Source: Tubiluchus corallicola | Lineage: Eukaryota > Animalia > Priapulida | Assembly: GCA_030141605.1 (NCBI GenBank) | Contig: JAQGDQ010000123.1 | Span: 62,001 to 126,000, forward strand | Direction: 5' to 3' | Length of the DNA: 64,000 bases | Part shown: positions 1-15,400 of the stretch, piece by piece | How positions within the stretch are numbered: the first letter of the stretch is position 1 | How the letters are laid out: every line of letters begins with the position of its first letter | Program-made: the position numbers and the translations under genes | The notes under the pieces: model-generated | Database searches by the model: none | Seen by the model: only the letters and a program-made list of their open reading frames with translations | What the model was told of the DNA's origin: nothing

Positions 1-389
1 TTTAACAGGAATGTCTTCTTGAAAATATAGGCGCCTTGAGGCTAAAGTGTAGCAGTGTTATGCCTGGATAGTTAAAATTTCCTGCATTAGCTGATTTCAC
101 ACAAGTGATAGTGCACATTGTTACAGTGCAAACACTGCAGTTGCTGAAAGCTTTTTTCAATTTTTTTCTCGAAAAATCGATTTTTAATTTGTCTATGGTA
201 AACAAATGTATTTTATATATAGTTTTGCATGAAAATCCATTGCGTGGGGAACAGAAACTACAAAAATATCAAATATAATGCAATCACTGCTTAGTGCGAG
301 CAGTTTTTCATGAACCAATGCAAAATGCAGCAAACACTTGCTGTCTTGAAGGTATTAAATAAATAACTGCTAAATCAGACATGTTACTA

Positions 390-1780
390 ACGACACGTTC
401 AGACTAGCAAGTTTTCAGTCCCAAGTTTTCGCTTTGAGAGCAAATTTGCAAGTGTGAACTGTCGGCAAAAAATTGCAAACTCTCTGACAGTTGATTTTCT
501 GCGAGCTATTTCTAGTGCAGTGGTTCCCAACCTTTTGTTGACGGCGCCCCCTTTCCAGAACCCTGCATCACATCGCTACCCCACGAAGACCATAATCACG
601 TGTTATACCATTAAACATCATTATTATTCGCATTTTTTAACTTACTATTCAACAAGTTATTGAACAATAAGCGATTGCTTCACTAATTCATGTTGGGTTG
701 AGTTCTTGATTTATATGTAATTATTAGTTTTGTTTTTGATGAGTTTAAATTTTCCGTTTTCCTTGCCAATTTAAATTTTGCCTCTTCTCATAGCCAAACT
801 TATTTACTGTTTCTAAATTTAAACTCATTTGAACTTGTTGCCTCATTTATTTTTATTTTATTTATTTATTTTTTATTTTGTAAAGTTGCTGATTATTTTC
901 ATTTGTACATACCTTACTTGACAGGTCACTTAATTTTCTTCAGCTTGGATAGGGGTGGTTGACTTGGTGACCCTTGGTCTTTTCGCCACCCCGTCTCTTT
1001 TCCGTCCTTATTTTAGTTTTTACCTTTTGTTTATGTTTATTTTGTAACACTCAGAGACAAATAAATTTTTTACTTACTTATGTTAGCAAAATTACTCACT
1101 TACATTAAAGTGGCGGTTGCACATGTTTCTCAGCGATCAGTAATGCAACAGTAATAGGTATCTAAGGTAAAATAAATAGCGACTCGCTTTCAGGTGGTGT
1201 ACACTGTACATAGAACAACTTGCATTTTCATTTTCCCAGAATATCAAGCACTGATATGCCATTTAGAAAGGAAAAACCCAGTTTCACTTTCCAGAACAAA
1301 ATAATGTAATGAGAAACTGAGGAAACAAGACCTACTTACATATTTTTCATAAAACAGCATTTTTTCAAAATAATTTTGGACTAGCCCACTACCCCACGTG
1401 CTTGGGGATCCCACAGGGGTCTAGTGTGAACGCCTCGGCGAGTTACTCTCGGAACTTCACGCAGTTAATAGAGAAATGAGTGTCAGCTCGTTCTTACTGT
1501 GGGAGAGTAACTCAGCAAGGTTTCTCTCTAAATGCAAACTCGCAAGTATGAACTGCTTTGCAAACTCTCCGACAGTTGCTACGAGTTGATTTCATTGCTG
1601 TCTAGACGTGAACACCTCCGCTAGTTACTCTCGGAACTTCACACAGTTAATAGAGAAATGAGTGTCTGCTCGTGCTGAACTTCGAAAAGTAACTCATAGC
1701 AAGTTTTGTTCTCTAGTCTGAACATGCTTGCGAGTAACATGGTGAGTTTACTTGGCGGAAAAACCTGCTAAAGTGAATGC
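390..1780. mobile_element. MITE family A copy (TTCAGACTAG...CTAGTCTGAA), interrupted by a nested insertion
   Basis: Shares motifs with copies at ~14945-15265, 16685-16950, 17310-17580 and 31940-32210. Confidence 0.6.
518..1418. mobile_element. hAT-like non-autonomous element nested in MITE A
   Basis: Starts CAGTGGTTCCCAACC; flanked by near-identical 8-mers TTCTAGTG/GTCTAGTG; right TIR is degenerate. Confidence 0.5.
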
Positions 1781-1805
1781 GACATAAGACATATGGTCTA
1801 CTTAC

Positions 1806-4800
1806 ATATCACGATGTTCTCCCGTTTGTGTGTGACTGCTTAAATCACGGTTACTTGAAAAATATTTCCTGTAAAACAGCAACAAATGCTTTTTAATGAA
1901 AGCACACACATGTCCAAATATGCTTAAGGCAACTCCAACTAGCACTTTTGCTCATTTCTGAGATTATCCTTGCTAATGAAATGGAATGCAGCCTAACAAC
2001 AACCATCTATCTTACATTTAGTAGATGGTGTCCTTACGTGCGGGATTCTAACTTGAAGAATGTTAGGCTATACAAAATAATTTTAAAAAATAACGAGAGA
2101 CTTTTGAAACACCTGATATCATCAAATGCTAGCGAAAAATTTACAAGATTCAACTGCCAAAATACTAAATGCCACCCGTCTCAATGTAGAGTTCATCATG
2201 TTAAAGAAACATTGTATATTATTATATGTGTAACTTTAAATGAGACGAATAAAATAACCTAACCTAACCTAACCTAACCTAATCTAATCTAATCTAAGAT
2301 ACTTACAGACAGACGGCACAAGGCCACGAGTCACTGGTCACAGAAACAAATGTGACTTCTTTATTCTAAAAATGAATAAAACCAACATGTTAGCATTTTT
2401 CAAAGAAGAAATCATAACAAGATATTAATCTAATAGTGACAAAATAAATCCAAAATTTAAACTTTGAAACCGAGCTTCGCCAAAAGGCAGCAAGCGTGAG
2501 AAAATGTGGACTAGACCTGGATTTGAAGCCGAGACTTTTTGATTACATTCAACGCCTTGACAACTAGACCCACGAGCTTCGTATGATCACGAAGATTATG
2601 ATCATTGAAATCACCACTACAAACAACCAACTAATTAAACAGTATTCATTAATTACATAATTCATTAATTACTTATTTCACAACAATTATTCCCAATTGT
2701 GGATACTGAGTTGAAGAAAGAAAAGAGGCACCGAAAAACTGCAAACCCGTCGGGGCTTGAACAAAACACCTGGGATTAGACCTCAATAGTATTTAATGTA
2801 GCTACAGTAGGCGCCGCTTAATAGACTCACTTACTTTGGGACCGATGTGTTTTGACACAATTAACCGACTGAACCTATGACGGGATGGGTGAAGTGTTAC
2901 TGGTATAGAAGTATGTGTAACGTCTTGGCAACATTTGTAACATTGTTAAAAACTTTATAGAACATTTAACATAAATCTTTCTTGCTTATTAATCTGTTTA
3001 TTCACAAAGACTACTGCTATGATAAGTCTAGAGAATGTAACGCCTCGTGGCTTGCCCACTAAAACAGTGAGGGGAAACCTTAGTGAGCACAAACGTTAAA
3101 ATATAAACCATAGATAAGAACACGTCACAAGACAGGAATGATAACGAAATTAGAACACGTTCTGGTAGGCGAATTCAGAGACCTAAGTTTCTTAATGATT
3201 ATGTTACCTAGTTTGAGTATTGATAACTTTCATGTTATTTAATTTTGTGACCTTGATATCTGCTTACATTGATGTTTTTCAGTTTAGTTGGTCAATGTTA
3301 CTTACTTTTAAAAGGAAGAGGATGTGACGTGTTCTTATCTATGGTTTATATTTTAACGTTTGTGCTCACTAAGGTTTCCCCTCACTGTTTTTAGCGGGCA
3401 AGCCACGAGGCGTTACATTCTCTAGACTTATCATGGCAGCAGTCTTTGTGAATAAGCAGAATTTAACAAGCCTTCATTTTCCAAGCAGAATTTAACATTA
3501 CAATGCCTAGGTAACCTGATACTTGATAACACATTTTGCACGCACTGGACAGCGAGTTTTGTTAGACATCTGAAATATATTGTATTACACATATTCCAAA
3601 AAGAAACACAGACAATTTTTGAAAAGTCCTAACTGAAAGTTAGTTTGTGAAAGTTGTAACTGTATATTTTAGGTGCTGCCATCTATTGATTATTCACTTT
3701 AACATTTTACTAGTTAAACTCACCCTTAGTACAATTGTTCGGTCCAGTGAATATGCAAACTCACTGGATCTCCCCTATTTTCACTGTAATGGGATATGTG
3801 AAGCCAAGTTTTTGCATAGTTCTCTACCTATATAAACTGGCTAGATTTCACTGCTAGTCACTCTCTGTCTCAGGCAGTGCAGTCGTGCAACTCATGGGAC
3901 ACACTGTCTCTCTGTCACACACTCAGTGCTGTGCAGCAGTTGTGATCTTCATTTTACTTGTGCATTTTACTGTGTATTTAGTGCAATAAAAGTGTTTCAG
4001 TTTTGTGCCAACATGTAATCTTGTGTTTAGTTGTTTTCTACAAGTGTTCAAATTTCAACTTTACAAATAACTTTCACAAAATTGATCTAAACCAAGCTAG
4101 GTAACTTGAATACAACAAATACTATTGATAATGACATCAAAGTCATAAAGTTGCAGAAACATTGTGACTGGAAAAACACAGTTACAAACCTGTGCAGAAT
4201 CCTGTTTTGTTTGAGCCTTGGAATTAATTTGATTTGAAGATCTAAAACAAAAAAACACCTGTATTAACTAAAAAGTGAAAACTAAAAAACTTTGATCATA
4301 TTCACGTGCTTGCAAACATCAAAAATTGAACAAAAAAAACAGAACAGCTTAAAGGAAAGAACAAGTCATTTAGCATGCTGGAGTAAACTTAGCAAAAAAT
4401 ATAACAAAGAATTCTAAAAAACTTCTATAAAGTATAGTGTTATTTATGCTATCAATGTATAGAAATTTTCAGGCGCGACGGTAGCCGATAGTCACATGGA
4501 AATTATGACTGGTGGTCTCTGCGATTTTTTGCACCCTGGCTTTTCTGTAAGCGCGCTCTGCTTAAGCTAATTCAGACTTCTGCAGTTTACCTAATATTTT
4601 TGCAAAAATATCACAAAATTAGCTTGCAAAAAGTTATTCTACTTTTGATGGAAATTGACAGTGAGTTGCTTTTCTTTAGCTGATGAACGACATCACTGGT
4701 GGAAGAATGGACGTTCAAAATGGGAGACATTTTTTTAAATATTGCCGAGATCACACCAAAAAGCCAATAAGCCTTTTCACAGTTCCAGCGATTGATGATG

Positions 4801-7800
4801 ATCACGAAAAGGTTAAGTGTACCAGACAAGATATTTGTGTACACTTGACAATGCCTCGCAGCCCAAGCTATTGTAAGAGTAACAGTTTTAAAAGCTAGCT
4901 AGAAACTTACCTAGTTCATTTCTTCTTGTTCGCAAGCAAGATCTTGCTAGTAAATCACTCTACATACAGACTAATGCATAATTAGGTAAAGTCCACATAA
5001 AACAACTGAACTTACTGAACTGATGTGGCAGACAGCATTGCTTTACCCATGTCACGTGACGGTTGTAGTTAAGACGCGTTGCTGCGGTACACTTAACCGT
5101 TGACCTACAGCAACTGCCCATGCGACGCACAATGAAACTGTGATAAGGCTTGGTATGCATCATGGTCATAACTCCATTACCAACGTTCAAACTGAGTTAT
5201 CTCACAACATACAAATTATTGGTTCATTCGATTTGCTTATTCATAGCCACCTTAGTATCACAAAATTTTCACAAAAATCGATTTTCCAACTCTGAATGAT
5301 ATAAAAAATGATATTGCACCTTTCCGTTCCTGATGGTAAAGGATCCTTCTCCATCACCCAGGTGATGATTTTATCAAACTGAAAATCTTCCCAGTCAAGG
5401 GCACGTATATGAGGAGGTAACTGCGGGTCCTTATTTTTGAGTTTCACCTCTATTTCAACACTGGAAAAGCATTAAACGATCTTAATTGTAATCTGACTAA
5501 ACAAATTATAGAAACAAAAGCAGTAAAAGGCTACTAGTGAACACAATATGTACAGCAAGACAATGATGGATCAGTAAAAACAATAATAGTTCAGCTACTA
5601 TTCTGCGATTATTGATCATACATAATAAATCAGCTGAAAAAACACGCAAATCTTGCTTATTTAACCCTTTCACTACGTAGCAGCATTTTAGCAGCAATGA
5701 CTCAAGTGCTGCCCCAGATGCCTCTAGCTCTAGCTACGCCACCGACCACCAGGTTGTGATTTTATGTGACAATGTACCATTGTGTACAGTATTGTGGAAT
5801 GCAGCTGGTTTCTCGTATGCCGATTAACCAGTTACGATTACTTGTTGCGAAGCAACCCAAATTCCTAAACATTTCTACGATGTCTTTGCATATCTGTAGC
5901 GGTGAAATAAACAGACCCAGGTGACTGTACTTAGTGCTGAGTTTGGGGTGGAAGACTACCACTCTCCATTCCCTTTCAGAAAAATACACAAAATATGGAC
6001 GGCCTTCCACGCCTTCCACACGTTCCACACGGAAAGGGTTAATCACAGTCTTAATTCTACAAAACTTTTGACAAATTTGTACAAAACACAACTTCCCACG
6101 TCCCTCAATATCTAACACAAACATGAAGGTGAAAGTTGAAATTCAAAATCGCAGTGGTACATGGTGTTCCAGAAGAAAAACAGTGCAACAGTAATAATAC
6201 TAATGTGCTGAAATACATTGGCCAAATCACAGTGAAATGCAAATGGGCGTTAAGTCATACCATAATAACTTGCAGTCACAAACGGGAGTGCTGCTGCATG
6301 TTATAAAAATAAACTTCAGTTCATAAGCTTGAATAACACCTATTATTTTGTACAAAATGAACCTCGAGTTCTACAGCAAGACATCAAAATGACGTAAAGA
6401 TAATATTATCATTTGCACAACTCAAATTCTCCTACAGTATAAATTGGTCTTCTTGTATATTCCAATGTTTACAAGCACATCAGCAAACTCCATAGTAGTC
6501 TTCCTTATAAAAACACCCTGTGTGACTGGAGGCTGAAGCTGAGTCAGTTGCTACTACATCAGCTGACTCACACAGTAAATCAGCTAGCTCGGGTGAAGCT
6601 GAGTCAGTTGCTACTACATCAGCTGACTCACACAGTAAATCAGCTAGCTCGGGTGAAGCTGAGTCAGTTGCTACTACATCAGCTGACTCACACAGTGAAT
6701 CAGCTAGCTCGGGTGAAGCTGAGTCAGTTGCTACTACATCAGCTGACTCACACAGTGAATCAGCTAGCTCGGCTGAAGCTGAGTCAGTTGCTACTACATC
6801 AGCTGACTCACACAGTAAATCAGCTAGCTCGGCTGAGGTTGATTGACTTTTCAACTGAGTTGGCTTAAAGAAAGAATCAGCTAAGTCAGCTAAAGCTGCG
6901 AATTTTTGTTAACTAAATAAACGATAAATTACTTGTTAACTGTTAAATTATGGAGACAAATTCTTTAAATACTTCGTGTTGCTTAAACACAGAAAAAATC
7001 TGATGTATGATGAATCATCCTTAAAAGAACATCTGTTGTGCAAGAACACTGCAGTTTTAATACTTGAAACTGAAACAATATTAGTCTAGAGTTCACTAAC
7101 TGAAAAAGTAAAGTCTATGTATGTTCTAAACACAATAGACAGCAGCTCTCAAAACTCTCCTTTTCTATTGAACTCCAGTACAAATGCAAGCTGTATGACA
7201 CTGAACCAGCTGTAAGTAAAACAGGCTAGAAAACTTGGTATGTCAACTCATCAAATATTTCAGTGATAAAACTGAAAACAACTTACCAGTGTTTTGAAAG
7301 AAAATGATGTGTCAAGTTTTTCACGTTAGCCTTGATTACTCTACCACTGCAAAAAAAGTTAAACAATGATTGAAAAAACATTATTACAGTTACACTGATA
7401 AAATAACATCAGTAAGACACAAATTAATGAACCACAAAAACATTAGCGAGATACAACAATACAACTTTTTCACCAGTAAATTTTGAAGTCACTGAAAGGA
7501 TATTCTTCCCATAATTCTCTGTTGTTATAGAAACACATTATGTGTATCTGGAAAATGAAATTTATTTTTTGGGAAAATGCTATTTGTGAAAATACAGTAG
7601 GTGCCGCATAATAGACTCACTTTAGGACTGAAGTGTTTTGACCAAATTAAACGACTGAACCTATTAACCGACGGGTGTAGTATTACTGGTGTAGAAGTAT
7701 GAACCATCATCAAAGGTTTTTAATGAATTTTAGAAATGAAGTAATGTCTAAATTCCTTTGTGCAGTTAATTTTTTTTTAAAAATATTACTTTATATAAGT

Positions 7801-9952
7801 GAATTAACAATAAATTAAAAATTATACTTTTCTAAATTACACAAGTCTGTTTATTTATAAGAACTCTATTCTCTATTTGCTGTATGTTTACTCTCGTAAG
7901 TCACAAGGAATACAGACTGATTACTGCACCTACATCTTTGACTGTTAGCCGATTAAGCGTGACTTGCAACAAAACTGCTAGACAAGTGATTAAATGTTTA
8001 GCTTCCAGAAATTCTTTGGGCAACAAGGTTAATTGCAGTGGACCAGCAGGTAACTAATTCAAAGCAAAACCGCTACGCTAGCATATTAGCCCATGATAAA
8101 CGTAGTTGCTTACAAACAAAATGGTACTTAACATGATTGTTTCTACATATATTATAGTACACAAAAGCGAAGTAAAGTAGGAAAGACTCTTTGGGCATAT
8201 ACAAGTGTCTTATTTTAAGTATGTGAAGTAAAAAGTTGAGTCAATTATGCGGAATTATTTGAGTCAATTACCAACAGTTTTATATACATTCGAATAGGAG
8301 CAGTCCGTTATAGAAATTTGTGATAAGTGAATGTAACACATAGAATTACTTTACTAAAAGTAAAATCAAATAGCAACTCACTAGAAAAAACCAAGACGAG
8401 AAAATGGCTGATTCTTTGCACAACTTTAGTATTCATAGGATGTAATTTATGTTAAACACAATTACAAGATAATAAAAAAAACTTGGTGAACACAGCCCTC
8501 AAGCAGTACACCCTCCTGCACCAACTTCTAAACAAGTTCTTCTAAAAAGACTGCATCAGTCAATGTCAAGCTCTCAACGAACTACCCGTAAAGGTTCCTT
8601 CCCCTTCTATAAGTGTTGTTGTTTTACTATTTTAAAAAAATGTTCATAAACGTAAACTTTTACACTGATCGGCATATGATGGTCACAGTAGTTGCACAAT
8701 GTGTAAACTCATATCGCAGTTTGCTGGACAAAGGCGGGAAAAAGCCGGTCCGAATTTGTGGATTGTCCGTATTTTCCGATACAAAGCTAATATAGTGGAT
8801 GTCGTGTATTAGACTCACGGTAATGTAGAATCAAGTGCAGTCTCAAAAATGTCTAGTATGAGCCGCTCCTATGCAAAAGTATATAAAAACTGTCGGCAAT
8901 TGACTCAAGTAACATGAGTGCATGTATGTGTGTGCATGTGCAGAAATAAAACTAATATTTAACATTAGTACTCAATAATGAACAACTATTTGTTTATTTA
9001 TAAGATTCTGTTTTAGTAACACACCGCAAGAAGTTATTGTCAAATGCGCAGACGCCAATGTAGCCCAGGTAAAAGGTAACTAGTGTTCATTTAGTATTCA
9101 TTTAGTATTCTCAAAAGTTAACAAAAACAAAAAGATATGGCATTTTTACAAATACAGGTAGTCATTGACTCATGACCGCAATCAGTTACGGTGGATTGGT
9201 GGTATCCAAGTATGTTCAAGTGATGTACCCCTACATTTTGTGTATGTATGTGCACTAAATATGACTGCACCTACAGATGAATTTATCGAAACAGGCACTA
9301 ATTCAAAATTAATTTGCTTAAAAATAGAATAAAATAAGAGTTACAATTAATTTTGTATAATAAAATAATTAAGTCGTGGACGGATTGTGAAGTCGCACAT
9401 TGCATATTTTGTAAGTTTTTGGCTACCTGTAAACATAACATGTATGTAACTGCTTACAAAGGACATAGTTTGCACATAAATTCGTGTAGCTTGGAACACT
9501 CAGGTTCAAAATTGCCTTCCTTTAATCCCATGGGGATTCCAAATGAGAAAAGTACATTTTGGAGCAGGTTGTGATATGTGCTGTCGACGTCGCTTTCATT
9601 GGCTGGCTCTGTTTTGACTGGCTTTGTATCTTCAGTCAATTTTGACTCTGCGGTGACGGCCGACTCGACCGGATCACAAAGTACGACCAAGTTTGTGTTG
9701 ACTTCGTCAGGTTCAAGTTTAGTTAAATCAGAGGCACCTTCTGAACTGTCTGTAGTATCAACTTTCTGCCTAAAGTGGAAACAACAGAAATTTTATAATC
9801 AGGCAATAACAAAGAAAAGCAAAAGTAGTTGTAGCAGAAAAATAAAAAAATATTACTTTCTGCACGGCGCTCAAAATAACAATCTCTCTCTCTGTCTCTG
9901 TCTCTCTCCCTCTCTCTTCTCTCTTTCTCCCTCTCTCCTCTCTCTCCTCTCT

Positions 9953-10050
<98 letters not shown>

Positions 10051-12400
10051 CCTCGTTTTATCCACATCCTTAAGTCTTCACGTTTTTAACTGCTGCAGTT
10101 CATAGAACCTCTTGATTTTTCCATCAGGAAACTTTTAAATATTGAAGTTACTTTTTTCATAAACATTAAGTTCCTAAGGCCACAAAAAAGGAGTAACTTC
10201 CTGAAAGAATTCTTTCACAAGCGAATGAGTTCACATTATTATTGCTCCTAGAAGAGTCGAAAAAAGCCGAACAAAAATTGAAAATCACTGGCCTGGAGAC
10301 CACAAGGGAGACTTGCACTGTTTTAATAGCTGGAGTACAAAGTAAAATCACAGCTACAACTGAACTGAAATGAAAATGCGCAAAACTACACAAAATCGGC
10401 TATGATCTGTAAGCGTTCGAAGCAGTCAACACTTACTTGTATTTACTTGGAAATTTCAACTCATCAGTCAGTTTATTTGTCAACCATGCACTGAAAATAA
10501 TGATTACAGCAAATTACACGTACACATAGTATAGTGCGCTATGTCTGTGGTCTGGTACGTGTACTATATCTATGGTTAAGGCTGTCCTATGAATAAGGTA
10601 AACTACGGTGCTAAAGATATAACCTATTTTGGCAAGGTTGCAATAGGGAACTTTCCCGGGTTTCAGCACCATATAGCGAGGCTTTGTAAGCTATCGACTG
10701 AAAACTCTACGGCACTCTGCTAATTTCCCTATAATGTTCAATTTATTTGTACAACAAGACAAAATGTTATACATGTAATTATAACTTCACACGTAAACAA
10801 GACATTCAGAGAATTTTGAGCAACTGACCCGAAAAAGTTCCACGTTGCAACCTTGCCAAAATAGGTTGCAGTTCTACCACTGTGGTCTAGCTTATTCATA
10901 GAACAGCCTTAACCATAGATATATATAATCATTACATAAATCACTGTGTCAAGCACAACACTCAAGTTCCTGATATACTCACTCATTGATCTCAAGTCAA
11001 TTGAAAAATAAAAATGATACTGCATCAGGCAGCCCTACTTTTCGTCGGCAAGCAGAGATTCTTATGGATATCACATGAAGTTAAAGCGGCAACACGGGCT
11101 TGTACCAAGAAAAACTACTACTCATAAAAATTGGCTGTTCTGATTAGCTGCTTGATGCATCTGTCTTTCACTTACTGAAGTCATTCTCACAAAGTTAACA
11201 GTACTGCGTCACTAACAATGATTTAACTCCTTCACGACCACACCATGAAAAATAGGTCTTATAAGACCTGTGACTTTTCTGCTAGTGTATCAAAACGATT
11301 GACGTCATTTTTAACTACGTAAATTAAGTTTTAACAAAGTTGTGGTGTTTTAACTATAAACTATTGCGGTACTGTCTCGTCATACAGGCCAGTCGGAATA
11401 GCATCCTCATGACAGGAGATTCTGCTCATACCGGCAGTGAAATGGTTAAAAACAGATTAAATAAATAGCACTCAATCCGGTAAAGAAAAAAATGCACTGC
11501 CAGTGTCTAAGCTGCTCTCAAAACTTGTCACACACTTACCTATGCTCGCTGATTACATGGACCATGAAATTGTATTTATTCCTGAAATGGAACCTAAAAA
11601 TACAAAATCAAATAGAAGTCAGATAAGGCCATCCAAATGAAACAAAATTTACTATAGTAAAACCATAGTCTTCGGACAAATCTGGCAAATGTGCAAAAAA
11701 AGGTCAAAACACCTGGAGATTTTGCAGATTTTTCTACACCCACTTTAAATATCCTTTGTCAAATAAGTCAAACTACTAAATCAGAGATTAAATTTAGGAT
11801 CAGATATAGCTGGTCAAAACAGCAAATCACAATTTCACGTTCACAAAATTTGGCTGCTTGACTAATGAGAAAATGAGATACCTTGGGCATTGTTTTCATG
11901 TAAAATGAGTTTATTTAAGATATTAAAGACAATTAGGATGTGGTAATAATCTACGAGTTCTAGAGCGGTGCCTTTATTTAGCATTATTAACCCTTTCACT
12001 ACAGAAGGCAGCACACTGCCGCCTATGTTTTTCATGCAAGGGGCGGAAGGAAGTAGACTACCACCCAAGCTCAACACTAAGCACAGTCGCACAGATCTCT
12101 TTACTTCACTGCTACGGCCATGCAAAAACATTGTAGAAAAGTTTAACAGTGGTGGGATTGGGGTTGTTTCACAACAAGTAGCGCTAACCAGCCAATCAGC
12201 GTCTGAAGCCAAATGTATTCCACAATACTGTACTGTATGGTAAGTTCCCACGCAAAATCACTTGCAGATCGTTGATGAAACGTATGTTTAGTTGATTGTT
12301 CTGCTTTCTTATAAAATGATTGCATATTATGGATTAGTATTGTCTTTTGTAAAAAGTGGTTTCTAAATATAAGCACATGCTTATTTATGAGGGTGTGCAC

Positions 12401-12471
<71 letters not shown>

Positions 12472-15400
12472 CGTGTGTGTGTGCATGTGTGTGTATGTGT
12501 AGAATTATAACTCTTATTTAATATTAGTACTCGATAACAATCAACTTATTTACAAGACTTATTACTAACACACCACAAGAAGTTATTGTCAAATGTGCCA
12601 ACGTCAATGCGGTTCAGTTAAAAAGCAATTACGTAGTGAAAGGGTTAAAAGTTTATCATTATTATTATTATTATTATTTCCCATGAGAAAGCAAAAGTAT
12701 GTCACAAGACATAGGGAAAGAACTGAAATTGCGAGACTTTTGGTAAAACCATAAGAGTTAGGCGGCGAGCAAAAAGGGTTAAAAAGAAAGCAATGGTGTA
12801 TTATTAGACTAAGATAAATATGGGGATAAACTATATACAAAAACAGTAAAATTTCAATTTTATGTTAGTGGTAAAGAAGAATAAATTAAACCTCGGTATC
12901 GGTTTCGCCAGGCCACAGTAAACCAAAGGCGAGCTGATTTTTTTACTCCACGGACGTTCGCATCTGCAAAAATTAATTTCTGCACCATGAAACATTAATC
13001 TATGTCTGCACAATAATCGCAATATGAGAATTTTTTTAAAATCTGCAACATTCCCAAAAAAGAAGGCACTAAAAAAGTGGCATAATAAAACCGACAAATA
13101 TGCCAATGGTTGTACTTTATACAAATTTTTGTACAGCACCACCTGTAGGGGTTATATTTTGTTGTTAATATAAACATTTGCATCTGGACTGATTGCATTT
13201 ATAAAAAACACTAGCAAACAGTAAAGCGAAAATTATACTTTTAAGAATGGAAAAATGATCGTTAAACGTAACTGTCAATAATTTATTGCTTGTTGTTTAA
13301 CTTCTTCTAAGCATAGCAGTTCCGAGTCTGCGAAATCCACAAAAAAAAATTCGCATCTAGTCCACTTTAGTAAATCCATGACATTCTTAAATCCTTCTCC
13401 GGTTAAAATCAGCAAAAAAAATCAAGGGACCTCCGCAAAAAAAATCCATGGATTTTGATTCCGTTCATGTTTGCAAAAAACCCACGTAGGAGTAAAAGTA
13501 TGCTATTTACTTCTTCCTGTTGCAAAGTGAGCACTCTAACAATTTTTCTACAGCTTGCGTGTTACTTAAACCATCTTTGTTTGCTTCTAATCTCACGTCT
13601 CCTGGTGGCACCAAAACTTGAGCTGGTCCCGTACTAGGTTGTCTGCAAGAGAAAACAGTTTTCAAAAACACTATAGATTTACTGTTAGTTAAAAGAATTT
13701 AGTGATAGCAGATGCATTTACATGGTATAAACTAAATTAGACTGCAGCTGCGATGGCGCACTGCACATATTTATTATTGTTACGAAACATTAAGCCTTTT
13801 CACAATTCCAGCGACTGAAGATGATCGTTAAAAGGTCAAAGGTTAAGTGTACCGGACAACATATTTGTATACACTTGACAATGCCTCGCAGCCCATGCTA
13901 TTGTAATAAAAGTAAGCAGTTAGGTAGAACCTTACCTAGTTCATTTTTTCTTGTTCCCGAGCAAGATCCTACTAGTAAATCGCTCTATGCAAGGACTAAT
14001 GCACAGTTAACTAAAGTCCACGTAAAACAACTGAACTAATGCTTTGCATTACCCGAGTATCTCGCGACGATTGTTGCTGTGGTACACTTAACCTTTGACC
14101 TACAGGTGTTCACAACGAGACTATGAAAAGCTTATTGCAACTGGACAGTGTTATTATACTTGTTTTATTGTTTTGCTTACCAATTGTTAGAGCTTTCAAA
14201 TTATTAAATTGCTGAAGAGAATGACTGAACAAGAAATTAGTCAGCAGTCTAAAGGTAAATTATGGAATCAGCAGCCCAGCTGCTGCTGAATTCCCAGCAT
14301 TTTGAGCTTACTTGAAAGCCTAATTAGAGATCGAAAATGTGAATTTCTTTTATCCTAAACAACTCAGTATTACTTTCTTCAATGTGTCTAATAAATTAAT
14401 AAATCATGTTGATTTAGTACTGCATGCTACTTGGATGGCTAATAGTCTGCCTGCTTAGCCTGATCCCTGGCAGGGCAAAATTCAACAAGGCAGCATTTTG
14501 TTTGACAAAACCTGCGCAAAGTTAGAAAAGGCGCTTTTAAAGGTAACCCACATTTAAACTCCAGTAACATAAATGCAAAGGCGCATGATTTTATAGCATC
14601 ACCAGACTGTTTTTGTAGCTTGTCTACTTTTCATTAACGCAAGCAAAAAACCTTACTGTTGACTTTTAGCAGTAAATTTCACAAAGCTGCAAATTTCTGA
14701 GTTGATTTCTCTGATCCTTGAACTTCTCAACCATAAATTTTATAAAGGTTAAGTGTTGACTCATACAATGCAGTTTTTGCAAATTTCAGGAGGTGCGCAG
14801 ACTGCCACCCCGTGCCAAATATGAAGTTCTCATCCCTAAAACTGTGGGGCAAAGAATGTCAACAAAAATTTCAAAACGGTAACTATGACAGAAAATAGTT
14901 TGGATAAGAGACAGTGTCATAAGAATAATCAGAGTGAATATTCAAACTAATTCAGACTAGAGTAAAGGTGCATTCAGACTAGTGAGTTTTCTCTCTGACT
15001 GCAAACTCCCAAGTGTCAACAACTTTACAACTTTACGATTTACTCTCAGCAAGTTATCGTAAACTCTCGACGGTTACTGCAAGTTGATTTACTGTCCAGT
15101 GTGAACATCTCGGCAAGTTACTCTCGACACTCTCAGTGAATAGAGAAGGAAGCGCCAGCTCATGCTTACTGTTAGTGAGAGTAACTCACAGCAAGTTTTG
15201 CTCTCTAGTCTGAACAAGTTTGGGAGTTAACTTGGCAAGAAAACTTGATAGTGTGAACACAGTGCTAAAAAATCTGATACAAAAATCATAAGTATCATAA
15301 AATGATTGCATTGATGTTAATGTGGAACTGCTAGTGGAATAAAATCCACTAAACTTACGCATTAACCACTTGATCTGGTGAAAGACTACAGTGAACTTTC

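Noticed and set aside
2255-2297. (CCTAA)5 telomere-like repeat
   Set aside because: Too short and grades into (CTAAT)n; more likely a retroelement tail or simple repeat.
2505-2575. tRNA-like sequence on the minus strand
   Set aside because: Only degenerate A/B-box similarity with no clean cloverleaf; at most a SINE remnant.
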